The notes beneath the pieces were generated by a model that was given only the letters and a program-made list of their open reading frames with translations, was not told where the DNA came from and searched no databases. The translations under genes and the position numbers were made by a program. Positions 25,760 to 38,100 of a stretch of DNA of 64,000 bases are shown here, one piece after another. How positions within the stretch are numbered: the first letter of the stretch is position 1; every line of letters begins with the position of its first letter. Source of the stretch: Enoplolaimus lenunculus (Eukaryota); the NCBI GenBank assembly GCA_030248215.1, contig JASANG010004046.1, forward strand, positions 124,001 through 188,000, written 5' to 3'.

Positions 25760-28700
25760 ATGGAAATAATTCAAATTGCAAGTTGTGCAACTGCGATTAT
25801 AAGTGCAACAACAATCGTTATATGTTTAATATTTGGACCTTTCTTGTCGTCACAGATCGCGAACGTATGGACTGAAATTGATAGCGAAATTTCAAGATTT
25901 ACGGTGAGTATGACCAAGAGTGGGTTATGACAAGAGTGTTCAGCTGTTGGAGTCCCGCACGGTACAAAATTTACCACTGGGCGTTGCGTTTATGGCCGAC
26001 CCCCCTCCTTGTTTAGTGGTGGTCACTATCACATGAATACCCTTAAATCTGTAAGGGAGTCATGTTTGACACCGCATACATAAACTGCCAACGTTGGCAT
26101 TGGTTCTACACCCTCTAAATAAAGGGGTAGGACAAAAACGCAACGCGTGTCCGGCCCATTCTTTTCCACACAGAATGTACTAAGTTGCATTCTCTTGTTG
26201 AAGTATGCATCATCCACTCTTTGTATGACCAATGTTAACTATAGAAGTCTGCTTACTTGGCGTAAACCTAACCAAGACGTAAGTCTAACCCTAAGTTTCC
26301 CAGACTCTAGGTCCCCCAGCGTCGCTGTCTCCTAGTGACCAGGCCCCTATTGTTAAACATGCACAGTTGCTATTATCGCTTCGTTGTATAAAATTTGGCA
26401 CTTTTTAGGCTCAGTTCGAAACATATATACTCAGCTGATACCCTTTCAATGTATTCTGTAGTATGTTTACACAAGTCTTTGGCAATATGCAAGAGTCGTT
26501 TTTATTTCCCATGCAGGACGCCACATCCGAGAGATACAATTAATTTTGAAACTGGCGGTCAACAAACTTTATATGAACCAGAATTTGAGCCCAATTGAAG
26601 CTGAATTATATGTTCCATATATAACAGAATCTGCGGTTAAAATCCCACTCCTTCGTAGCCGATGGTCAACTTTTTATCATAGTTGAAGGAAGACTTAAGG
26701 TTGTACCGCGTCTTTGTGATGCGTTGCAAGACTTATCCTCAACTGGTGACCGGTGCTATACACATTTGAGAATACTGCATTTAGTTTTAGATTACGTTGA
26801 ATGAAGCTGCAAGCATACTTGAGTCAATTTCGTTCCATCATTCAGCTGGCCGGTATGCGAGGCAAAAAGTTTTCAACGCGGGGACTAACTATAATCAACA
26901 GGAAATCACTACGTCATTGAAAATTGAAGATATCGCTACTATATCAACCTGCGGTATGAAATTCATGTTTTCCCTCTTTATTACCCCCTCTTATTCGGGT
27001 CAATACATTACTAAAACGGCAACAGATCCAGATAAACTTGAAACAGAGAGGGGGTCAACAACGATTTTAAATAACGCATATGGGGGATTTCACAATGCTC
27101 ACAAGCTGAGTTAATCTTTTCTAGAGTTTGGTGCGCCCTTGTACAGTCGCTCAATGAGTCGAATGTGACTCTAGCGGAGTCGAATTTGACTCAGTTTGTG
27201 TAGTACTGAAAAACCTATTTCGGTTACAGTCAATTTGACTCACCATTTTCTGCAGTGTGTTTTCTGTTAAACACGGGGCCTAGCGTTCAGAGCGTTGCAA
27301 ATTAATAAACCAGTGTCAAACTTTAGTGTTTGGGTTTACACCGTAAAATACTGAACGATCGGTGCAGAAAATGGTGAGTCAAATTGAGTCTGCAAAATAG
27401 GCTCTACGGGACTACACAAACTGAGTCAAATTCGACTCCGCCATAGTCAAATTCGACTCACTAAGTCGCATGTTCGAATTTTGACTCACGTTTGTGTAGT
27501 CCCGTCGACCCAATTTCGGAGAGAGACAAGTTGACTCACATTTTTGCAGCGTTGACATATAACGAAAAATAGAATTTTATATTTTTTAATTTGACTCGTT
27601 AACTAATGATTTAAAAGTAGTCATTGTTTTATAGACTGTCAGTCGCATATTTTATGCCCTGCAGGGCCACCAGGACCACCTGGTGAAAACGGAAAACGTG
27701 GCCTTAATGGCACTCGAGGAATTCCTGGGAAACATGTAAGTCTTGTTAAAAATGTTGAAAAGTTTACCGTGGGGGACTATTAAGTTATCGATTGTTTTGT
27801 TTCAACAATAAGGCACATTACATTATATGTACCGAACCGGGTGATTTTGAAAGACAGTAAACTAGAATTTGTTCCATTTGAAACGGATATTGAGCGTAAA
27901 ACTTTCATAAAAAATAGGGCCCATGTTACTTTTAGTTCTGTGCTGTTTTCTAGCATGACTTCAATAGAGTAGGCTTACATTTTGGACTATTTTTTTGCTT
28001 AGACTTATGCTTAAGAATAACATTATTTTTATGCTTAGGCTTAGGGACTAGGTTTAGGAATATTATATATGCTTATTGCTTAATCTAGAGTTACGCCCCT
28101 AAAAGTAGCATTGGCCAGTTTTATGATATTGGTGCGATTTCGCATAAAGTACTCAAACCAGGTTTATTACGCAACATTTTTTGAAATTTTAAGGCAGAAA
28201 CGGACACAGATTTTACCGAAACAGAAAGTGGCGCCATAATTTAATAAAAATATTATAGGGTGACAATGGACCACCTAGCAAAGCGGTTATTGATTCGATA
28301 CGACGCTGTATAACGTGTCCAGTGGGACCGCGTGGTCCCCCTGGGCCTCGAGGATTTCCAGGCAAGTTTATTTATCGGATGATAGATATAAATGTGTATA
28401 AATAATATGTGTGTATATATAAAAGTTCTTCATCCCCGACGCTTTGAGTTTCTATTTGTGTAAAATACATACACATACATACACACATTAATATATGAAT
28501 TCTAAACAAAAAATTTAAGGAGTCACTGGTGAACGTGGTATGAGCGGATTTCCTGGCATGGGCGGCAAACCTGGTTATCCGGGAAGAGCCGGTGAACCAG
28601 GGCCCAGAGGACCCCGTGGGTCAAAAGGACATCCTGGCGCATCTGGAAAACCAGGAGCAAACGGAACTGGTAAGTTTGTCATGGGTTAGTTTGGGGTGTC

Positions 28701-30259
28701 TGATATGTTGTAAACCAAAATTTGAGCCTATCTTAGGCTGAGACTAAGCAAAATAACAATAAAATGCACTGCTACTTGCATGTGAACCAAAAATAAAAAG
28801 AGTCTACGGAACTGTGAGTTTTTGAATATTGTGATTTTCAAAGATTTTATTTATTTAAAAATTTAAATTGTCTTCAGAATCAGAGGTTTTCTTAGATTGA
28901 GAGTAAAACAAAATCAGACTAAACTACATACCTACTTAAATATGGGCGAAAAAAGAAAGAGCTTCGTGAGCTTTTCGAACATTCAAAATTATTTTTTGTT
29001 TTGAAACATTGTTGCGTTGCAGCGGGCAAAGGCTATCCAGGCATGCCTGGACCGAAGGGACCTTTCGGTGCGGTTGGGCTCCATGGACTGCCTGGCTTAC
29101 CAGGTGCTAATGGAGACCGCGGTCCAGTTGGTAAGTCTTTGCTGTGTGTTTGCAGGTTTTATTTTCATTTTGAATATTATATACTAACGCGAATAAGTTA
29201 CAACTGAGTGCGATAAATGTCAAACAAATGAATACCAGCCATAACATTGCAGTATACCATAAAGCAGCGGATGGGTAATATATGGAAGGTTGATTTTTTT
29301 GTGAAAAAATGGTAAGGTCCGTACCTCACAAGTTTTCCTCTCTGAAAATTTTTTGTGACAAAATATAATTTTCCCCTCAGAATTTTTTGTAATAAAAATA
29401 CGTTACAATTTTCCCTCTCGAAAAATTTGTTAATGACAAAATGATAAGGTCCCTACCTTACAATTTTTGCGTTAATACGTAACATTTTCGGCCCCCGTCT
29501 CCGCCCGTCCCAAATTTTTGAATCCGCTTCTGCACTTAGAGAAGTTTGGTACTCGAAACCGTGTGCAGCTTTTCGCTGTTAAAATTTGCACTAGTGACGG
29601 ATCCCGCAGGGGTGTAGGTGGTAGTCCCTTGCGTCAGAAAATTTTTTTGACAAAATTGTAAGGTCCCTGCCGCACAAATTTTCACTTTTGTGTTCATGAA
29701 ATATTGTTAAGACCAATTTTCCTTATTATGCATTCATGTAATTTTGTTTTAGTAAACACGTTAAAAATATGGCTGCGGATATGTTTTTATGTCTACTGTA
29801 TTACAAATATTAACGTAGATGTAGCTCTAAGGCATCGATTGAAACCTTTGAGATCGACAAAATTATTTTTTATATTGAGATGAATGACGAAAAAAAGGCA
29901 GTTTTCATCGCCATATCACTTCAATTTTGACCCCTGGGTCACTTGGGAATATGGTTAACACTCTTCCCAAAACAAATGAACCAAAACCAAAATTGTGTTG
30001 AAATTAAATTTTCATGCGCTTCAAAATAGTAAATACGTCTGGCTTCTAGTTCGATACTGTCATAGCCTAATGATCCATTGATACTGCACACTACAACTTG
30101 TGTTTTGCACTTGTGAATCAGGTTTTAGGTTTGCAAGGAGCAATAGGAGACCAAGGACTGAACGGTTTAGACGGTGTTACTGGATTACCGGGTCAACCAG
30201 GACTGCATGGAGCGGACGCTTTGTACTGTAGCTGCCCAAACCGTATATTGCAACCATAA
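25760..30259 (+). CDS. Nematode cuticle collagen, 7 exons, 299 aa
   Basis: Exons: 25760-25903, 26791-26953, 27635-27735, 28259-28361, 28520-28669, 29023-29130, 30129-30259 (900 nt). Hydrophobic Col_cuticle_N-like start MEIIQIASCATAIISATTIVICLIFGP, RxxR processing site (RYAR), Cys clusters TCDC...CP and CITCP, interrupted Gly-X-Y runs, C-terminal ADALYCSCPNR. AATAAA at 30278. Confidence 0.95.
27362..27551. mobile_element. Palindromic GAGTC/GACTC MITE copy
   Basis: Same arms as 15722-15912. Confidence 0.75.
27918..28116. mobile_element. TTAGGC-core MITE (family A)
   Basis: TIR GGCCCATGTTACTTTTAG / CTAAAAGTAGCATTGGCC around a degenerate TTAGGC core. Confidence 0.75.
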
Positions 30260-32184
30260 ACAAGCGTTTACGTGAAGAATAAACGAAGTGAACACCAATC
30301 GCTTAAATACAACAATATTCTGCCGGGTTAAAGGAAATTTGATGACAAAAAGTTCAAGCCAACTATTAATTCTCACGTAAAGAAACCTAAACCTTGCCGC
30401 ACGCTAGTAATTTGACAATATATTTGTTAGCAACGCAAAGCGACGTGTGGCGGCGCGCATCCGCCACAGTTATGTATAGCGCAACCCTACGTTTAGCCTT
30501 AACCTGAACGTGAAGCTAAGCGTAAATAACGTAAGCGTAAATGTGGAGGAAGTACTTGCGCTGTAGCCAGTCACTAAAGTGTTGCATGCAGATTTTCATA
30601 TCCGCCGGGATTCATCTATGAACAAATATGTGCAGTTGCACCTTTCTAGCGTTTTTAACTATATAGGTTGGTGCATAGAGTGAAAAAATAGAGAAATTTG
30701 CATAAAAATTTCCCTACTGGACCCAATTTATACATCACAGATCAATAATCTGGTGGTGCCTAGTTGAATCAGCACAGGCAACGAAGGCTAAAAGTTTGTG
30801 TAACATATTTTCTTTAAATATCCGAATACATTACAAAAATTATACGAGATTAACGTTATAACAGGGCCAGGCGGAATATGGTGTACCCCATGTTGATTCG
30901 ACGTCGACGTTAAAGTTTAGGCTATCATATCGGGTCACAACAGACAAAACTCGAATGTCATATGACATTTAGCTTACAAACAACCGCTCTCAAATGTTCA
31001 ATGTGTACAAGAGTGAGTATGTCACATGATACTGCGGGACATTTATGCGAATATCATATGATATGCCAAAAGTGCAACGAATATCATATGATATTCGACA
31101 GCGAACAGTGTAATCTTCGGTGCTAATAAAAATAAATGAAAAGTCGACCGGCAGCGACACAGATGTGCTTTAAAATACCCAATACACGCCTTCAAATTCG
31201 TTTACCACACAAAGTGCAGCTTCCATAATTCAAAAATTCAAATTTCAAATTGTAGTATCAATGATATTCAACTGGGCAATTAGGTACGTTACCTCAAGTA
31301 TGCAGACAAATGAGAATATACATAATATTCGCAGACAATACCTCGAGTATCATATGATATGGGATGTATAAGCAGACAATAACGTGAACCCCGCGTTACG
31401 AAGACAACGATGTAACAAGGTTAAAAAAATAAATTCATATTTTTAATAAATAAATTAATAAATTTCACACAAAACATATGTTAAAAACATTGCAATCGGA
31501 CGCGCAAAATACTCGAGTCTGGGGTCAGCAGTTTTTCTTGACTCGGTGGTCGACTTTCGGCCGAAAGGTTCAAAGAAGTTGAACTTGGACCGAGCAAAGT
31601 TGAGGCTTATATGTAAACTCAAAGAGTTAAAGAATCGTTAGAATAGTTTCGACTAGTTCTTTTAAATGTTAATTAAGTCAAATCCACTGAAAAACTACAC
31701 CCGTTTCTAGGAATTTATCAAAGTAACACTATATCGAAATCACTCTGAATTCTTGTTGTTATACCCTTTATGATTTCTTTTATCCTTTATGCTCAGTTTT
31801 CACAACCACTTGCCCTGTGTTACTTTGTAGGACGTAGAGTTCGTACGCAAGACTTTAATAGAGTAGGGGTTGCGCTATTCTCTTGCGGCGCCGTTCGTCC
31901 CGTTTAGGGTCGTCCGTCGCCGACCTCCATCATCCGTCGCCGTACGTTACCGTGCATCACCGTCCGTCGTCGTGCGTACGGTGACGTATGATGGGATATG
32001 CGGCGTCGCACGACAAGTAGAGGCACCCTACACCTGAAACTTTAAACTATTTTGCTTTGATTTAGGCCTGGGCTTATAGGGATTCAACCTGACACTGAGG
32101 CTTGGGTTTACAAATATTTATAGTTAACCAGTTTTCAAACATCGGCTGCAAAAATGATCGCCTGTTCTGTTTCCGGGTTGAAGG

Positions 32185-35100
32185 TCAACATATTTCCAAC
32201 GATTGGTGCCGTTGCAAGCAACGTTCTTGCCTTTCGTCATAGGCTTCACCACTTGGACAGTTTACATGACCAACTATGCCACCTGAACAGATCAAGAAGT
32301 ATTCTTGACATCGAACACGTGGCGAAAAAATAAAATCTTCATTTGATTGGCTACATCGAAGTGATTCTGAAACGCATAACTCGAAGTTGTATTTAACGCC
32401 CGTAGCCAGAGCGGGGAAGGGGGAATTCGAACACCTCCCGAAAAAGTATTGCCAGTCCGCTAAGCATTTCAAAACTTGACGTGTTTATTGCATTTGATCG
32501 ATTGTACTCGAGTTTACCTTCCGTAGCTACGACAGTTCACTTGTTTGAAGTTACCAACTGGTGACACATTTGAGGGCCCATGTATAGAACAGGACCAGAA
32601 CAGTAGTATAAGCATATTCCTAAGCCTAAGCATAAGCCTAAGCCTAAGCGTATGGATGAGCATATTCCTAAGCCTAAACCTGAGCCTAAGCAAAAAAATT
32701 CGTCTAAAGCTTAAATTGACTCAATTATAGCCCGTCCGCAAAACGATCCGGCCTGTTCTATACATTCGCCCATTTGAGGATACGAGCAATACGAAGCATC
32801 GAAGGTCTTACGTACCTGGATCACGTTCGCCTAGCATACACTCCTGAGTCATTACATTGTGATGTAAACATCTTCCTTGTGTTCGACTGAATCTATATCC
32901 GGAATCACACGCGTGTTTAAATGAAAACTCTCGGGCGCAAACGTAAAATTCTGGACTGCATTGGTTACGCGTATAAGTTGCGTCACGCCGGCCGGAACAA
33001 CTGAATTCATTGCCTAAAAAGCTAACAGTTGAATAATATAATCTATCAAACAGGAGCGCAGCGCCTGATGCAACAACGAAACCTGTCTCATACGTTGGAG
33101 GCACAATATATAATTGTGAAAGAAATTTTTGTAAGTGAACCGAACGAAAAGCCAAATTCAAATTAATAATTTGCATAATTGGTGATCGGAACCATTGTTT
33201 CATAAACCTTACCAATGTTTTTGCTCATATGTAAATGTTTAGGCCGCAAACAGGAGCGCCATACCTACCTAAGCCTTAGCCGCCGCAAGCTGTTGCGCCA
33301 CTGCTGTCAGAAATTGAGAGCATTGTTCCAATGACCACAAATTTGATTTTGTAGCGGTATTAACTCAATAAACATGTTCATGAGTAGGTTTATGCGCCTT
33401 GCATACGCAGTGCCGGAAGGCTGGTATGCCTCCCCAAATTTCCGGGGTGGGGGGCTCCCTGTGAGGAACGAAACATTTTCCAAATGTTTTGTTCAAAATC
33501 TTGCTCTGGTAGGAGCCTCTCTTTGGGATCGCGGCCCCAAATGGAGGGTATTTGGGAATTGCTGCTCCGGCCCTGTGCATACACCTGGTTGATCTTGGAA
33601 CCAAGCTGAAATTTTTACAATTTGTTTTAGGTGGAACGAACATATGCCGTAAATACGTCCTATAACCATAATGTTACTATTTTCGACCGCGAAGCCGAGC
33701 CAAACCACTAAGAAACCCAAAAAAAAAAAAAAAAAAAAAGAACGCCGAAGGGGGAAACACCCCCCCAAAAAAATAAAAGAAAAAAAAAAAAAAACACCAA
33801 CCCCTCTCCTAGAGGTGCAGAATGTTTTAAGTGAAGGTATGCTCTCCTGAACTGAAATCCTGGCTATGGCCCTGAGTCTATTATTAGTCTGGGAAATGGG
33901 ACATCAGTTAAAAGTAACTTGAACCGGTACTTTCTATCGGTGGCGGCTCTTCATAAACAATTCCAACGGGCACAAACGCTCCAGACGAATCACGAATCCC
34001 CAGTCGCGATGTGAACTGCATTCGACGCGTCACTGATGAAGTTGTGAGTACTAACAATTTTGTATCTAAAAATCGAATCTTTATAATTTGAATTTTAAAA
34101 AAAATTACTGAAAATCGGAATATTTCAGATTTTGGAAAGTTCTAAATCGTGAAATTTTGACCAGTTGTTCGTTGAAAATACCAAAGAATAAAAGTGATCG
34201 GAACAAAATTTGTTATTTTTGAAAAAATTTTTAGACTTGGGGATGCGCCAACTATTTATCTTAAATTATAGTATGAAATTAGATTAGATTGAGAAAACGA
34301 GCGCAATCAAATTAGGCTGTACTTGGGGCACTCACTGAACCTATTGCATCCTCAGTATTTCTTGTTAAATCATGACTGAGGAGAGAAAGCGGTCTAAAAG
34401 CTGGTCTGGCGCGAGGTGCCTCCGACCCTGACGACCGGGATCGCCCGAAGTTGGTTGGGATTTACGCTAAACTAAGCTTATCTGTGCGTAGCGCTGAGGC
34501 TGACACCAACCTACTTACACCAGTATGAAGCTTGCTAACCCAGTTGATTCACTCTCAGTGACTCCGTATTTGTTTTGGTCACACTCATTGTAAATATTAG
34601 TCTTCTGACCAGTATACCACCTTCAGATGCCCAAACACATCGAATCTGTTGTAATACGCGAAATATATCCAACTAGAATACTGGATAACTTTTTCTTTTG
34701 AATAGGGTATCTGCGAACGCCACACTATTTGGGTGAACAACAAAAACTCCGGTGGATCGCGTACAGAGGGCCTAAACAAATCTATTGGTAGCCATATTGA
34801 ATCTTACGGGGGCCGCCACCAGAACGAGTGCAGTGCTCGCAAAGCGTCCGGTGAACCGTTGTATTCCGTATCCTTTTAGAGTAAATTTGGAACATATCAC
34901 AGGGCGCCACATTGCGCCGCTCGGAGAGTATATATAGCGTACCTGTTAGATATTTTTCAAAAGTAAAAAGTTTTGAAACCAAGTAAGAACGTTTTCAAGA
35001 TGTTTGCTGGCAATTCCTTGCCCTCACCACAGATATGTATCTGAAGTCGACGTCGCAAACTTTGATGCTGCATTTTTGCTGTGGGTCTTCTTATGCCTAA

Positions 35101-38100
35101 GCCTTTGCGTAAGCGTTAAACAAGAGCACACCGAGTAAAATTAATGCACATTATTGCTTAAGGAAAATTAATTTTAGCATTGACAAAAAGCTTCCTTTCC
35201 ATAAACCCCTACTAATCCAGCTATTTTGTTTTGTTTTGAATAAAAGTTTTCGAAATAAAAATCTAGCTAAAATTAATACAGGTTTTGATTTAGAAATAAT
35301 ATTGAGGCTTGGTTCAAATTGGGTCCTTTGTGTACTACAAAGCCCGGTTCCTGTACTCGTTATAAGGGGATAACCCCAAAACGAGAGTACCTTTTGACAC
35401 AAATTCTTGTTGTAACTGCGTTCACGGTTTTTTATTTTTAAGTTTTATAAAATTCAAAGACCTTGCGGCAAGTTTAATCGACAAGCTTAACACAGAATGT
35501 CCGCTTTGAATACCTATCTTACAGTTCGAGATAGACTTGGGTGTCTATCGCCAAAACCGGGCCACATTACCACAAACCTTGTTGTGAGTTTTTCTAATGT
35601 TTTTGCAGTAAACCTTACTTGATAAAATTAAAATAGAATGTAAGCTTATTAAAAGCCAGAAATCAGTTTGTGTTAGTAAAAGCAGTTCTTACGTCACAAA
35701 GCGGGTCACACTATACCACAAAATGTTGCCTTAGCTACGTATTTTAAAATAAAGTTGTTCTAAATATTGTTAAGCGTAAACGTTCAGGTTTACGCTTAGG
35801 CTTAGGCATTAAAAGCATAGGTAAAACATTAGGCTTAGCTTAGGTAGTAAGCCTGATTAGAAACTTTATCTTAAGCCTAAGCCTGAGCAGAAGCCTAAGC
35901 CTATTTAGAAACTTTACCTTAAGCCTAAGCCTGAGCAGAAGCCTAAGCCTGTTTAGAAACTTTATAATAAGCCTAAAAGCCTGAGCAGAAGCCTAAGCCT
36001 GTTTAGAAACTTTATCTTAAGCCTAAGCCTGAGCAGGAAGCCTAAGCCTGTTTAGAAACTTTATCTTAAGCCTAAGCCGGCGCAGAAGCCTAAGCCTGTG
36101 CGAGGTTGATTGAAGACAGTACACAAAAGGCTGTTTCTAGAGAAAACAAGCTTACTTGATACAATTGATACAGATTCAATCCACGATATGTCGACATCAA
36201 ATGCATGGGCCAACTCAACGCGCAAATGATCTTCTTCTTGTTTCCCGACATAAAACGGTTTTTCTAATTCAATGATTGCAACTGCTTTTACGCCTAAAAT
36301 TAACCAGACAATATTCTCAGATAACTGTTGCACCGAGGATGTAACTGAATAACCGTTTCCGTTTCCGGGAAAAATAGGCGTTCGTTTTCTTTTCAGTTTC
36401 CGTTACAGAAATATAGGAATTTGTTATTTTTATGGTCATTCATTACAGATATGCCGCAATTGTTAGTTATGAAACTAATTGATAATTTTGAATATTTGCA
36501 TTCAGTTGTGTTGACAGAAAAATGATAAATCTTTGAAACTTTTCTATTGCAATATTCGGTTTTCGTTTCTGTTTCCGTTTTCGTTATTTTGGTCACTATT
36601 TGTTTCCGATTTTTACTATCCGTTTACACTATGAAGCACCTATTAATTGTTTAAGTTCTCGGTTCTCGTACTTTTACTTTAGTAAATTTAGTATAGTTTT
36701 CACATTCGCCCCTAACTGCAAATCTTATAGTTTTGCAATTGCCTGAATTCGTCAATTTGAAAACGTATTGCTAAATTGTGCTAGGTGCTCTGCGTATTTG
36801 AGAATCTTTGCCAAGCATTCAAGCAAAATAACGACCACGTCCACACTAACTACAAATCTTCGAACAGAAACAGGCATCGTTTGTGTAAAAAATAGTATTC
36901 CAATTCCAAATATTAACCTTGATCTATTTGCTAATTTATAAAGTTTGAAATCCTAATTAGCAACTGATTATAAACACGTATTACAAAACAGCTCAGAAAG
37001 AGTGACCGCGTTGCCTTTGAACTCCTTGTGCAATGAAGACGGTCTGATTTTTTCAACCAGTGTTAAACACAGCTCAGCAGCTAACCCGAAAACAGAAATA
37101 CCATCAACATCCAATGTTTGGTAAGCAAGCAACGAAGAGTCCAAAGAAAGGCAGTTAGTTTAATAATAATCCCGCGAACGAGAATCCAGAGCATTTTTTG
37201 CATTAAATATTTTCAAATTCCAACCTTTTATTTTTCTATAGGTAATTCACACCCCTACACTTCTGTTCCCGTGTGCCTGTCCTCGTAGTTGCAGCTGTAG
37301 CATACCTGAACTTCCCGATGGTAGATTCTGTGGCGTTCGACGGATTCCTGAGCACGCGAACACTCGCTGATAGGTATCACAAGTTCCCAGTTGTTCGTCA
37401 AAGTACAGCAACCGCCTGCAACGACGTTCCCAGCCAACACCCAAGTAGCACTGATAGTACCACGGTGAACAGCGTTGAAGCCGATCCGAAAATTTCCCGT
37501 CTCCAGTTTGTGAGCATGGCAAGTATCGGTTGGCTGAATCTGAAGAAACTCGTGAAAGAAATTTGTTTCTAAACTTATAAAATGGTAAAATTTGAATAAG
37601 TAAACTTTTTTGAAAATGATAAAAACAATAAACAAGCAGCTCCTAAAAGCGGCAGTGGAGACGGGGCAAAAATCAACACACGCAGAATATAGTTGAAATA
37701 TTCCATTTGTTACTCAAAATCTATTGAATTTGTAAATGCATATAAACGATTTGACGAAACATTACACGATTCGCAAAAATTAAATGAACAATAATTAACA
37801 TTATGAAGTTAATTGGAAACTAAAAAATGTTAACGCAGCTGTAATGCAATTTGATCACTCAAAATCCGTTTAGGGTGCAGGCCATATGGCTTTGTTTCAA
37901 TTAAAGCCATAAACTGAATAACACGGGGCCTAAAAGAATGCGTTTGACCTTAAGTTTTTTGAAGTGCGATGTAAACCAGTATAAGGACGTTTCAAGAAAA
38001 CTACCTGATATATTGGGAACAAAAAACAAGACTTAATCATATTTCTATTCCTAAACCTTAGCTTATTCGTATTAAAATATGCCTAAACCTAAGCTGAAGC

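Larger units (their letters stand above)
32185..37539 (-). other. Three chitin-binding type-2 (peritrophin-A/CBM14) domain exons
   Basis: Six-Cys pattern with aromatic residues: CSQTGDGKF...CSPWYYQC...C..LLYFDEQLGTC...C (37539-37306); CSGRRDATY..QCSPEFYVC...CDSGYRF...C...C (33013-32816); CSQSNEDF...CQEYFLIC...CPSGEAYDERQERC...C (32366-32185). Confidence 0.88.

Noticed and set aside
33719..33800. Long poly-A, poly-G and poly-C runs
   Set aside because: Low-complexity interior of a GC-ended MITE or low-quality sequence. There is no retrocopy evidence.
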